Source: Polyangiales bacterium
GTDB taxonomy: Bacteria; Myxococcota_A; Polyangia; Polyangiales; Houyiibacteriaceae
Length of the DNA: 64,000 nt
Assembly (NCBI GenBank): GCA_049645265.1
Contig: JBARTN010000167.1
Span: 14,538-78,537, forward strand
Direction of reading: 5' to 3'
The notes under the pieces are model-generated. The model was given only the letters and a program-made list of their open reading frames with translations. It did not search any database and was not told where the DNA came from. Both the position numbers and the translations under genes were made by a program. Every line of letters begins with the position of its first letter. Positions within the stretch are counted from its first letter, which is position 1. Of the stretch, positions 37,126 through 46,730 are shown piece by piece.

Positions 37126-38631
37126 ATGGCTGAGACGAACGCCGCGATGGGGCAGCGTCTGCGAGAGCTGCGGCTTCGTCGGGGCCTGCAGCAAAGCGAG
37201 GTCGCTCGCCGCCTCAAGATCTCACCCGCCTATTTGAGCCTCATCGAGAAGGGCAAGCGCGTCGTTCAGCTGCCGCTGCTCTTCCAGGCGCTGGAGCTCT
37301 ACGGCGTGGCGGTGGAGGAGTTCATGTCGAGTCTCGGTGAGCGCCGCGTCGACGACGGCCTCGCGCGTCTCCTCGACGACCCGCTGCTTCGCTCGCTCGA
37401 CCTGAGCCAAGAGGATCTAGCCAGCATGAGCGCCGAGCCGCGGATGATGGCTACGATCACCGCCCTCTTCAATCTTTACAAAAACACCCGCAGCCAGCTC
37501 GAGCACGTGATGACCAGCCTTGCAGAACGGGAGCAGCAGGCCGACGAGGGGTCTGTTCGCTTCGACTACAATCCGTACGACGAGGTGACGGACTTTCTCG
37601 AGCAGAACCAGAACTGGTTTGAGCAGCTCGAGGAACGCGCACAGCAGTTTCGACGCGATTGCGCGCTTGGCCGCCGCGTGACGAGCGACGATCTCGAGCG
37701 GGGACTCCTCGATCAAGTCGGCGTGCGAGTGCTTCGCATTCCCGAGCGGTCCGACAGCTCGGTCATTCGGACTTGGAACGCCGAGGAGCGGGTCCTCACG
37801 GTCTCCAATGATCTCTTCGAACAGCGCCTGAAGTTCCAGCTCGCGCACACGATCGCGCTCAGCTTATTCGATGAGGAGAAGCTACACAAACCCATCCTCG
37901 AGGGGTACCAGGGCCAGCATTCCGAAACCCGAAAGCTGATCAAGATCCACCTCGCAAACTACTTCGCTGGCGCCTTGTTGCTTCCCTATCCGGAGTTCTA
38001 TCGGGACGTGACAAGCACGCGGTACGACGTCGAGCTCCTCGCGCAGCTATTCGAGTCCTCGTACGAGACGGTGGCACACCGCATGTGCAACCTGTCCGAT
38101 CCGCGTCGTCGCGGGGTGCCCATGCACTTCCTGCGGGTCGATGTCGCGGGCAACATCTCCAAGCGCTACTCGGGCGACGGCATTCGCTTCCCGCACCAGG
38201 GCGGCTCCTGCCCGAAAATGGCGGTGCATTTGGCGTTTCTCACCCCCAGCGTGATCGCCAAGCAGTACTCCGCGTTTCCGGACGGATCGACGTATTTTTG
38301 CTTTGCAAAGGTCGTCAGCGAGCCTCAGCAGGGGTCGCTGGTGAAGGGGACGACCTACAGCATCGGCCTCGGAACCCACGCCGACAACGCCCAGCACTTC
38401 GCGTACGCCGACGACCTGCCGTTTGCGGACCCCAAGAAGATGGCCGTTCCGGTTGGAACGACCTGCACCTTCTGCGAGCGGACCGACTGCAACATGCGGT
38501 CGGCACCAAGCTACAAATTCGCGTTCCGCGTCGACGAGCACATCAAGAAAGACAACTTCTTCTCGCCGCTGGTGCGGGGGGACGCCGTGGTGGACGCGCA
38601 GAAGCCGGCTCGCCGGAAGCCATCGGCGTGA
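37126..38631 (+). CDS. Short-chain fatty acyl-CoA regulator (ScfR; RamB/PrpR/PccR-like): XRE HTH + ImmA/IrrE-like + DUF2083 domain
   Basis: 501-aa ORF. The N-terminal HTH is LRELRLRRGLQQSEVARRLKISPAYLSLIEKGKR. There is a central ImmA/IrrE-like region. The C-terminal Cys cluster (GGSCPK...CTFCERTDCNMRSAP) resembles the Fe-S/CoA-sensing domain of mycobacterial PrpR. Confidence 0.75.
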   Translation: MAETNAAMGQRLRELRLRRGLQQSEVARRLKISPAYLSLIEKGKRVVQLPLLFQALELYGVAVEEFMSSLGERRVDDGLARLLDDPLLRSLDLSQEDLASMSAEPRMMATITALFNLYKNTRSQLEHVMTSLAEREQQADEGSVRFDYNPYDEVTDFLEQNQNWFEQLEERAQQFRRDCALGRRVTSDDLERGLLDQVGVRVLRIPERSDSSVIRTWNAEERVLTVSNDLFEQRLKFQLAHTIALSLFDEEKLHKPILEGYQGQHSETRKLIKIHLANYFAGALLLPYPEFYRDVTSTRYDVELLAQLFESSYETVAHRMCNLSDPRRRGVPMHFLRVDVAGNISKRYSGDGIRFPHQGGSCPKMAVHLAFLTPSVIAKQYSAFPDGSTYFCFAKVVSEPQQGSLVKGTTYSIGLGTHADNAQHFAYADDLPFADPKKMAVPVGTTCTFCERTDCNMRSAPSYKFAFRVDEHIKKDNFFSPLVRGDAVVDAQKPARRKPSA

Positions 38632-38655
38632 TATGTTCCCGCCTTGGAGGTGAGG

Positions 38656-39141
38656 ATGCCGTCCTTCGATGTCGTTTCCAAGATCGAGCAGCATGAAGTC
38701 GAAAATGCGCGCAACCAAGCGAGCAAGGAGATCGCTCAGCGATACGATTTCAAGGGCACCGAGACCACGGTCGAGCAAACCGAAGAGGGGATCGTGATCC
38801 GCGCCAATAGCGAAGGCCGCCTCGATGCGGCGCGCGACGTGCTCGAGAGTAAGATGGTTCGTCGGCAGGTGTCTTTGAAGTCGCTCGACCCGCAGCAGCC
38901 GCAGCAAGCGGGCGGCCAGATGTGGCGGCAACTCATCAAGCTCAAAGAGGGAGTCTCCAAGGAGAAAGCCAAGGACATCGTCAAGGGAATCAAGGACAGC
39001 AAGCTCAAAGTCCAGGCCTCGATTCAGGGCGACTCGGTGCGCGTCTCGGGCAAGAAGCGCGATGATCTGCAGTCGACGATCGCTTTCCTCAAAGAGCATG
39101 ACTTCGACCTGCCGCTTCAATACGTGAACTTCCGGGACTGA
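38656..39141 (+). CDS. yajQ: YajQ-family nucleotide/c-di-GMP-binding protein (UPF0234)
   Basis: 161 aa from MPSFDVVSKIEQHEVENARNQASKEIAQRYDFKG to DLPLQYVNFRD, the conserved termini of YajQ. The ORF-track start at 38644 adds 4 residues. Confidence 0.9.
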   Translation: MPSFDVVSKIEQHEVENARNQASKEIAQRYDFKGTETTVEQTEEGIVIRANSEGRLDAARDVLESKMVRRQVSLKSLDPQQPQQAGGQMWRQLIKLKEGVSKEKAKDIVKGIKDSKLKVQASIQGDSVRVSGKKRDDLQSTIAFLKEHDFDLPLQYVNFRD

Positions 39142-39152
39142 GGCGGAACGCT

Positions 39153-40016
39153 TTGTCGCAGACGGAAAAGGAGTTGCGGGTCGGCTATCAGGGCAGCGAA
39201 GGCGCGTACAGCCAGCTTGCGGCGAAGCAGCATTTCATGGGCGCCGCCAAGCCGCTTCGCTGCGTCGGCTACCACAGCTTTCGCCAGATGCTCGAGGCGT
39301 TGAAGGCTGGAGAGGTCGACTACGCGGTGCTTCCGATCGAAAACTCGATCGCAGGTTCGATCAACGAGAGCTACGACCTGCTCGCGAAGATGGGGCTCTC
39401 GGTCGTCGGGGAAGAGTTCCAGCCGATCGCGCACTGCCTCATCGGCACTGCGGACGTGGCGGTCACGGACATCCGCCGCGTGTATTCTCATCCGGTGGCC
39501 TTGGCGCAGTGCGGGGAGTTTTTGGAAACACTCGAAGACTGTCAGGTCGAAGCCTTTGCGGACACCGCGATGTCGGTGGCGAAAGTGAAGCAGGACGCCG
39601 ACCCTACGCAGGCGGCAATCGCGAGCGAAGAAGCTGCTGCGTTGCACGGCTTGCCCATCCTGCGGAGGAACATCGCCGACCACCCGGAGAACTACACGCG
39701 GATGGTGATGGTGGCGTCAGAGCCTGCGCACTACGAGCCTGAGGTTCCCTGCAAGACGTCGTTGATCTTTTCGACCATTCACGAGCAGGGCGCGCTCGCT
39801 CGCTGCATCGCCATCTTCGCCGACCGGGGCTTGAACCTCACCAAAATCGAATCACGACCGAAGCCAGACACGCCGTTCGAATACATTTTCTACGTCGATT
39901 TCGAGGGCAACATCGATCGCGAAACAACCCAAGCGGCGCTCCGTGATCTCGAAGAAGTGACGACCTTCTTGACCGTTCTTGGTTCTTATCCCACCGGCCG
40001 CGCGGGCGTCAGCTAG
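39153..40016 (+). CDS. pheA: Prephenate dehydratase (PDT + ACT domains)
   Basis: 287-aa ORF (TTG start) with VGYQGSEGAYSQ, TRMVMV and the LTKIESRP motif of the ACT domain. Confidence 0.85.
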   Translation: MSQTEKELRVGYQGSEGAYSQLAAKQHFMGAAKPLRCVGYHSFRQMLEALKAGEVDYAVLPIENSIAGSINESYDLLAKMGLSVVGEEFQPIAHCLIGTADVAVTDIRRVYSHPVALAQCGEFLETLEDCQVEAFADTAMSVAKVKQDADPTQAAIASEEAAALHGLPILRRNIADHPENYTRMVMVASEPAHYEPEVPCKTSLIFSTIHEQGALARCIAIFADRGLNLTKIESRPKPDTPFEYIFYVDFEGNIDRETTQAALRDLEEVTTFLTVLGSYPTGRAGVS

Positions 40017-42339
40017 CGAGCGCTTCGGCGACTCCGGCGATCCGGTCAGCATCGCTGTTCAAGCCGGCTGCCAGACAGGTTGCCGAAACCATCTTCAACG
40101 CGGCCGCCTCGCCAGGGCCGTCCGCCTGAGCCCGTGCCGCCGCCAGCGCTTCGAGCGAGTCGATCATGGCGTCGTGCCGGCGCCCACGCGCGAGCTGGAG
40201 GCAGGCCGACGCGATCGAAATTCGAATCGTAGCGCCCGGTTTTCGATTGGGACTCTTCCTCGCCGCATCGAGTGCTTCCGTTGCTGATTTGACGTCCTCG
40301 CGGCTGATGTACGAGACGACGCGCAGGCAATGGGCCCCGGTGAGATCTCCGCCGGCTGCGATGGAAGACTCGATCAAGGCATCGAACTGCTGATGGTCGC
40401 GGTCTTTGAGCACCTGGACGATCGCCTCGGCGGTGTTTTCCAGGGCTGCCTCGGGAACGGGAAGCGTCGGCCTATCATCGTCGAGATCAGGCGGTGGGAC
40501 GCTCGGCAGTCGGACCGCCTTGCTGATGTCCGAGGCCGCCGAACGTGTATGGCCGTCGGGCTGATATTGAACGGCGGCGGCAGCGAGTCGGACCGCTGAG
40601 GCTGTGTAACCCAGGTCGGCCGCAAGTGACCCCGCCTCGAGAATGGCGAGCGCACCCCGCTCGAGGTCGCCGCCCTCGCAGAGATACGCGCCGACCGTCG
40701 CCGCCATCGAAGGGCCGACCAACGGTTCTGCGGTGTGAAGCGCTTCCGCGACGAAACGGTAGACCTCGCTACGACGGGCTGGCGGCATTCGTTGAAGAAC
40801 GGCCCTGCGTAGAAGCTCGGAGCTCGGCTTGCCCTGTGGCGTCAAGAGACCGTCGTTGACGAGCGCTTCGAGGCAGCGGCGCCGCGCGCTCTCCGGGATG
40901 CCGTCCAGGCCAACCGCTTCGTCGATCACCTGCCCCGACGAAGCGGGCAGCGCCGTGCACGCAACCTCGAGGTAGCGCATCGAAGAAGTATCGAGCGTTG
41001 CGAATCGTTCTTCGAGCAGGGCACGCGGCCCGAGATATTGACGCCGCTCTCCGGCCATTTCGCGCCAGACGAAGCCATTGCCATCGTGAACCAAGTCGCC
41101 AGTTGCGACCATCGTGCGGGCCGCTTCCTCGAGGCCAAGCACCGTCGTGCCGCCCGTGATCACGAGCTGCTTGGCGATCTCCATGTCTGCGTCGGGGCCG
41201 AGGACGCCCGCGGCGACCAGCAGCGCTTCGCCTGGATCCATCGCTGGAAGCTCGATGCGGATGAACTCCCGCAGGGGGCGGAGCCCAGCCGGAACCGTCG
41301 ACTCCGTCGTCCGAATGCAGAGTAGCGCGGACACACTCTCGTCCGACAGGGCCGCGCCCAGGACCCAGAGCGTTGCCGGATCGAGCGCCGAGATACGATC
41401 CACGTAGATCCACGGAAGGCCCTGCTCGGTACGAAGCGCTCGGAGCAGCGCCTTGACCGCATGAATCGCCGCTTCGCGGCGCGGAGGGTTCGCACAGGCG
41501 ATGGCCTTCATTGCATCGGCCACTCCGGGCTCGGTTTGTTTCAGCCCCTGCCGCGTGGATTCGAGCGATCGCCACGCTTTCAGGAGCGCAAGACGAAGCC
41601 CGCCAAGCGGCTCGAGGCCTCCGGGCACCGCGCCGATTTCGAGAAACGCCGGTGGACGAAGCTCCTCACGGAGCGCGAATATCGCGTTGCGCGCACCGAT
41701 GCCGAGCGAACCCTTCACGTAGAAGGTGGCCGACTTCGAACCCGCGGCGGCCTTTTTGATCGGCTCGAACGCGTGCCGAATGCTCGCCGGAACGGGAGCG
41801 GGCGAGAGTAGGCCGACTGCCTGTCGGCACTGCTCGAGAAGCGGCCGACTTCGATCGATCGCTTCTCCGTGCAAGGCGAAGGAGCTGGTCGAAACCGAGC
41901 GTCCGAACAGGTACGTCCTCGATGCGGCCTCGCGCGACTCGACGTCCAGGACTACTTCCCCGGCGTGCGCTTGGTTGGCCAGCAGCTGGGCGCGGTCGAT
42001 CGCGCCGCCGCTGTTCGTGGGTTGGCCCGCGTGGTCCTTCGCCCTTTGGATTTCACCGGTGGCGATGCCGAACGCGATCGGGAGCCCGCCGGCAGGCACG
42101 GGCTGCGATTCGGCTTCTGCGAGTAAGCGGAGGGTCAGATTGATCGCAGACTTGAGCTCGTGGAGGCCGAAATTGGCAACGACCGTGCCGGCAAGAGAGG
42201 ACATCACCTCGCCGCCACTGTTCTTCACCTCGTTGGTGACGTAGCGCGCCCACTGACCGGCCGCCGCAGTCGTCTCCTCCTCTTCGAAGGCGGGTGGGAG
42301 GATTCTGTGCCAGAGGACGAAACGTTCCATCACGGTCAA
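40009..42339 (-). CDS. Cyclase-homology / STAND (AAA_16-like) / TPR-like protein with degenerate catalytic motifs
   Basis: 776-aa ORF (TTG 42339; ATG alternative at 42330). The N-terminal class III cyclase-like pattern (GGEVMSSLAGTVVANFG, IAFGIATGEI, GGAIDRAQLLANQAHAGEVVL) lacks the metal Asp residues. The Walker A position reads GSLGIGARNA, and a Walker B-like LPWIYVDRISALD survives. The C-terminal half is Ala-rich and helical. Confidence 0.5.
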   Translation of the reverse strand: MTVMERFVLWHRILPPAFEEEETTAAAGQWARYVTNEVKNSGGEVMSSLAGTVVANFGLHELKSAINLTLRLLAEAESQPVPAGGLPIAFGIATGEIQRAKDHAGQPTNSGGAIDRAQLLANQAHAGEVVLDVESREAASRTYLFGRSVSTSSFALHGEAIDRSRPLLEQCRQAVGLLSPAPVPASIRHAFEPIKKAAAGSKSATFYVKGSLGIGARNAIFALREELRPPAFLEIGAVPGGLEPLGGLRLALLKAWRSLESTRQGLKQTEPGVADAMKAIACANPPRREAAIHAVKALLRALRTEQGLPWIYVDRISALDPATLWVLGAALSDESVSALLCIRTTESTVPAGLRPLREFIRIELPAMDPGEALLVAAGVLGPDADMEIAKQLVITGGTTVLGLEEAARTMVATGDLVHDGNGFVWREMAGERRQYLGPRALLEERFATLDTSSMRYLEVACTALPASSGQVIDEAVGLDGIPESARRRCLEALVNDGLLTPQGKPSSELLRRAVLQRMPPARRSEVYRFVAEALHTAEPLVGPSMAATVGAYLCEGGDLERGALAILEAGSLAADLGYTASAVRLAAAAVQYQPDGHTRSAASDISKAVRLPSVPPPDLDDDRPTLPVPEAALENTAEAIVQVLKDRDHQQFDALIESSIAAGGDLTGAHCLRVVSYISREDVKSATEALDAARKSPNRKPGATIRISIASACLQLARGRRHDAMIDSLEALAAARAQADGPGEAAALKMVSATCLAAGLNSDADRIAGVAEALAS

Positions 42340-42342
42340 CGG

Positions 42343-43023
42343 CTAGCCGCCGAGCTTGGCCTTGAGGGCAGCGAGCTCGTCGTCGACGTCGTCTTCTCCC
42401 TCTTCGGACTCCAGGGCTCGGAAGCGCGCGTCGATGTCCGCGCGCTTCGGGTCTTCCAGCAGGTCGTGGGCTTCGACTTCGGCGTCCAATTGGTCGATCT
42501 GCTCGGCCATGTGTTCGAGATCGGCAAATGCGCCGCCGCCAAGCCGGTCGCCGCTGGTGAGCTCCGGGTCGCGCTGCTGAGTCCGCGCTTTCCGCACCTG
42601 AGCCGCGAGCGTCTTCTGGCGGGCCTTGAGGTCGTCGAGCTTATCCTCGATGCGCTCGAGTTGGGCCTTCATCGCGTCGGCGGCGGTCGCCTGCGCGGCT
42701 GCTCGCGCTCGGACGTTCTTCGCTTCTTTCAGCGCCCGCGCTTTTCGCCGAAGCGCCTCTCGTGCGAGATCGTCGTCGTCCTGTTCGAGGGCGAGGATCG
42801 CTTTCCCTTCCCAGTCCACCGCCTCTTGCTCGAGGTCCCGCTCCTTCTTGTCGAGCCGTTTTGCGCTGCCCAGCGCCTCGATGAGGTCCTTGCGGGCGCG
42901 CTTGAGTGCCGATTTCATATCGGTCACGGTTTGACCGATCATCTTGTCCGGGTCCTCCGCCTGGTCGATCAGCGCGTTCAGATTGGATTTGATCACCCGG
43001 TTGAGCCGACTGAAGATGCCCAT
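42343..43023 (-). CDS. pspA: Phage shock protein A / IM30 family
   Basis: 226 aa from MGIFSRLNRVIKSNLNALIDQAEDPDKMIGQTVTDM (canonical PspA N-terminus). Coiled-coil throughout, with an acidic tail. The ORF-track extension to 43887 is antisense junk over the epimerase gene. Confidence 0.9.
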   Translation of the reverse strand: MGIFSRLNRVIKSNLNALIDQAEDPDKMIGQTVTDMKSALKRARKDLIEALGSAKRLDKKERDLEQEAVDWEGKAILALEQDDDDLAREALRRKARALKEAKNVRARAAAQATAADAMKAQLERIEDKLDDLKARQKTLAAQVRKARTQQRDPELTSGDRLGGGAFADLEHMAEQIDQLDAEVEAHDLLEDPKRADIDARFRALESEEGEDDVDDELAALKAKLGG

Positions 43024-43122
43024 ACCCCCCCCTAGTAGGGTCACGATCCCACGAGGCGAGCGCCCTGTAAAGGGACTGAGGTTTCTCGACTTCCAGCTTC
43101 CGTCTATGCTAGCTGAGGGATT

Positions 43123-44088
<966 letters not shown>

Positions 44089-44089
44089 G

Positions 44090-45187
44090 ATGTCCGATAG
44101 TCCTCCGCAAGTCTACGACTTGTCTGCGGCGCGTCCTGACGGCTGGTTCGAGGAGGTGCTCAAGCAGTCCAAGGACTTCGACAAGGCCTGTCAGATTATC
44201 GGCCGCAACACTCTCGGCCTCGCCCTCATTGCGGGCGCACGCATCCTGAGCCTCACCGCCAATCCACACACGCAGAACCTGACCAACGTGGAATTCTCCA
44301 TGGGTCAAGATCCGATCGTACGGCAAGTCCCGCTCCCCGAATTTCGCGAAACGATTGCACGAGCGTTGCTGAACCCGCTGCAGAATCAGGGCCTTCCCGA
44401 GAACGCGGACGCGGAAACGCTTCAGGCGCACATAGGCGGGCGCTATTTGCTCGAAGCGAGTTTGTTCTTCGTGACGCCGCTCGAGCTTCGAAACGATCTC
44501 GGCCTTTCCGAGATCGAGGTTCGGTTCAATGAAGTCCAGCACGTCTTGAGCCTGGACGATTTCAGAGAGGTTCTCGATGAGCGGGTGCGCTCGGAGCTCG
44601 GGCTCGACCGACCGAACGAGCCGTCGATCGACCTTGCGATCGTGGACCAGGCGGAGAAGGCCAACGCCCACGGCAATTGGGGCGCGACGATCGCCATGCT
44701 CAATCCCTGGCTGACCCCGATCGCGATGCTCATGCGAACGGGGGAGTCGGAGGGTCTCGCCGAGGATGTTCACCGGCGCCTGTCGATGAGCCTTGATCTC
44801 CTCGGCACGGCCTACGCCGAGATCGGCGAGCTCGAGGCGGCCAACGAAGTCCTGCGTCTCGGGGTGCAGTGGGCAGGCGAATCCGGACAGGCAGGAACCC
44901 TGTTTCTCGCCTTGGGTCGCGCCTCCGTCGCAAGTGAGAAACACGGTGAGTCGATCGGCTTGCTGCGGCGAGCGATTCGGCTTGGCGCGGAGGAGCGCGA
45001 AGCGCTGCCGCTTTTGGCCCGGTCTCTGGCTGCTCGCGACCAGATCTTGGCGGCCATGGTCTGCACGGAGCGAGCCCGCGATTTGGGCGCGGACGCCGAG
45101 GATGTAGACCCGCTTCGGGAAGCGCTCGAGGCGCGACTCGGCGACTCTTGGCCTCGGTTTCAGGCGCTGATCACCGGCACCGAGTAG
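44090..45187 (+). CDS. Hypothetical protein with C-terminal TPR-like repeats
   Basis: 365 aa from MSDSPPQVYDL. The ATG lies 1 nt after the epimerase stop. The N-terminal ~230 aa are unassigned, and the C-terminal ~130 aa are TPR-like (LLGTAYAEIGELEAANEVLRLGV...). Confidence 0.5.
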   Translation: MSDSPPQVYDLSAARPDGWFEEVLKQSKDFDKACQIIGRNTLGLALIAGARILSLTANPHTQNLTNVEFSMGQDPIVRQVPLPEFRETIARALLNPLQNQGLPENADAETLQAHIGGRYLLEASLFFVTPLELRNDLGLSEIEVRFNEVQHVLSLDDFREVLDERVRSELGLDRPNEPSIDLAIVDQAEKANAHGNWGATIAMLNPWLTPIAMLMRTGESEGLAEDVHRRLSMSLDLLGTAYAEIGELEAANEVLRLGVQWAGESGQAGTLFLALGRASVASEKHGESIGLLRRAIRLGAEEREALPLLARSLAARDQILAAMVCTERARDLGADAEDVDPLREALEARLGDSWPRFQALITGTE

Positions 45188-45230
45188 TCGCTTTACATTG
45201 GCCCCGAGGCTTCGTACCGTAGCCGCTCGG

Positions 45231-46730
45231 ATGTCGGGCTTTCTTTTGTCTATCGATCAGGGAACCACCGGTTCCACCGCCATGCTTCTATCCCCCGAAG
45301 GGGAGGTCTTAGGGCGAGCAAACCACGAATTTCCACAGCATTTTCCGCGTCCGGGCTGGGTCGAGCACGACCTCGAGGAGATTTGGAAGAGCGTGGGCGA
45401 TGCGGTTCGCGACGCGATCGAACGCGCTCGGGTTCCGGCGACCGATTGTTTGGGAATCGGCATCACCAACCAGCGGGAGACCACCGTCCTTTGGGACCGG
45501 AACACCGGCAAAGCGGTCCACAGGGCCATCGTCTGGCAGGACCGCCGCACGGCCGATCGCTGCCAGGAGCTCAAGGACGCCGGCAAGGAAGAGATGTTCC
45601 GCCAACGCACTGGCTTGGTCCTCGATCCGTACTTGGCGGGCACCAAGCTCGAATGGCTGCTCGACCACGTCGATGGCGCGCGGGCCCGCGCAGAAAAGGG
45701 CGAGCTAGCTTTCGGGACGATCGACTCCTGGCTGGTTTACCGCTTGTCGGGCGGGAAGGTGCACGTGACCGACGCGAGCAACGCGTCACGCACCCTCTTT
45801 TACGACATCGGGAAAGGCCGATGGGACGAGGAGCTCGCCGCGGTGCTACGCGTACCGATGACGCTCTTGCCCGAAGTCCGCAGCTGCTCCGAAGTCTACG
45901 CGCACAGTTCCGGCGTTCCCGGCCTGCCGGACGGGATTCCAATCGCTGGGATGGCAGGCGATCAACAAGCGGCCCTGTTTGGCCAGACCTGTTTCGAGGT
46001 GGGTGATGCGAAGTGCACGTATGGCACGGGCGCGTTCCTGCTGATGAACACCGGTACGAGCGTGGTGCACTCCGACAACGGACTCCTCACGACGATCGCC
46101 TGGCGGCTCGGCGACGAAACCGTGTATGCGCTCGAAGGGAGCGCTTTCATTGCCGGCGCCGCCGTCCAGTGGTTGCGTGATGGGCTCGGACTGATCTCCT
46201 CCTCGGACCAGATCGAATCCAAAGCGATGGAGGTCGACGAAACGGGGGACGTGGTTTTCGTCCCCGCTTTGGCGGGTTTGGGGGCGCCATACTGGGACCC
46301 GCATGCACGGGGCCTCATTTACGGGCTGACCAGGGACACGACGGCAGCGCATTTGGCGCGCGCGACCCTCGAGGGAATTGCTTTTCAAATCGTCGACCTG
46401 GTCGCTGCGATGCAGGCAGATGCCGGTCGCCCTATCAAGCGTTTGAGGGTCGATGGTGGTGCGGCCCGCAATAACTTACTCATGCAATTTGAATCCGACA
46501 TGCTCGGGGTGACGATCGATCGTCCAGAGAATGTCGAAACGACTGCCTTAGGCGCTGCTTACTTAGCCGGCATGGCCGTTGGTGTATTCAACGGTCAACA
46601 ATCTGTTTTAGATGCTTACTGTATCGAGCGTAGCTTTGAGCCTCAGGTCACCCAAACCGAACGAGACGGGCACTTGGAGCGATGGCGCGACGCGGTGCGG
46701 CGGGCGCGAAGTACGATGGGAATAACATGA
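45231..46730 (+). CDS. glpK: Glycerol kinase
   Basis: FGGY kinase blocks LSIDQGTTGSTAMLL, GITNQRETTVLWD, IVWQDRRT and GDQQAALFGQ. The ATG at 45231 is preferred over the ORF-track start at 45198. Confidence 0.9.
   Translation: MSGFLLSIDQGTTGSTAMLLSPEGEVLGRANHEFPQHFPRPGWVEHDLEEIWKSVGDAVRDAIERARVPATDCLGIGITNQRETTVLWDRNTGKAVHRAIVWQDRRTADRCQELKDAGKEEMFRQRTGLVLDPYLAGTKLEWLLDHVDGARARAEKGELAFGTIDSWLVYRLSGGKVHVTDASNASRTLFYDIGKGRWDEELAAVLRVPMTLLPEVRSCSEVYAHSSGVPGLPDGIPIAGMAGDQQAALFGQTCFEVGDAKCTYGTGAFLLMNTGTSVVHSDNGLLTTIAWRLGDETVYALEGSAFIAGAAVQWLRDGLGLISSSDQIESKAMEVDETGDVVFVPALAGLGAPYWDPHARGLIYGLTRDTTAAHLARATLEGIAFQIVDLVAAMQADAGRPIKRLRVDGGAARNNLLMQFESDMLGVTIDRPENVETTALGAAYLAGMAVGVFNGQQSVLDAYCIERSFEPQVTQTERDGHLERWRDAVRRARSTMGIT

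Noticed and set aside
43024-43122. Sigma-54 promoter upstream of pspA, as in E. coli
   Set aside because: No TGGCAC-N5-TTGC match on the minus strand of the 99-bp gap. No pspF-like activator is in the window.
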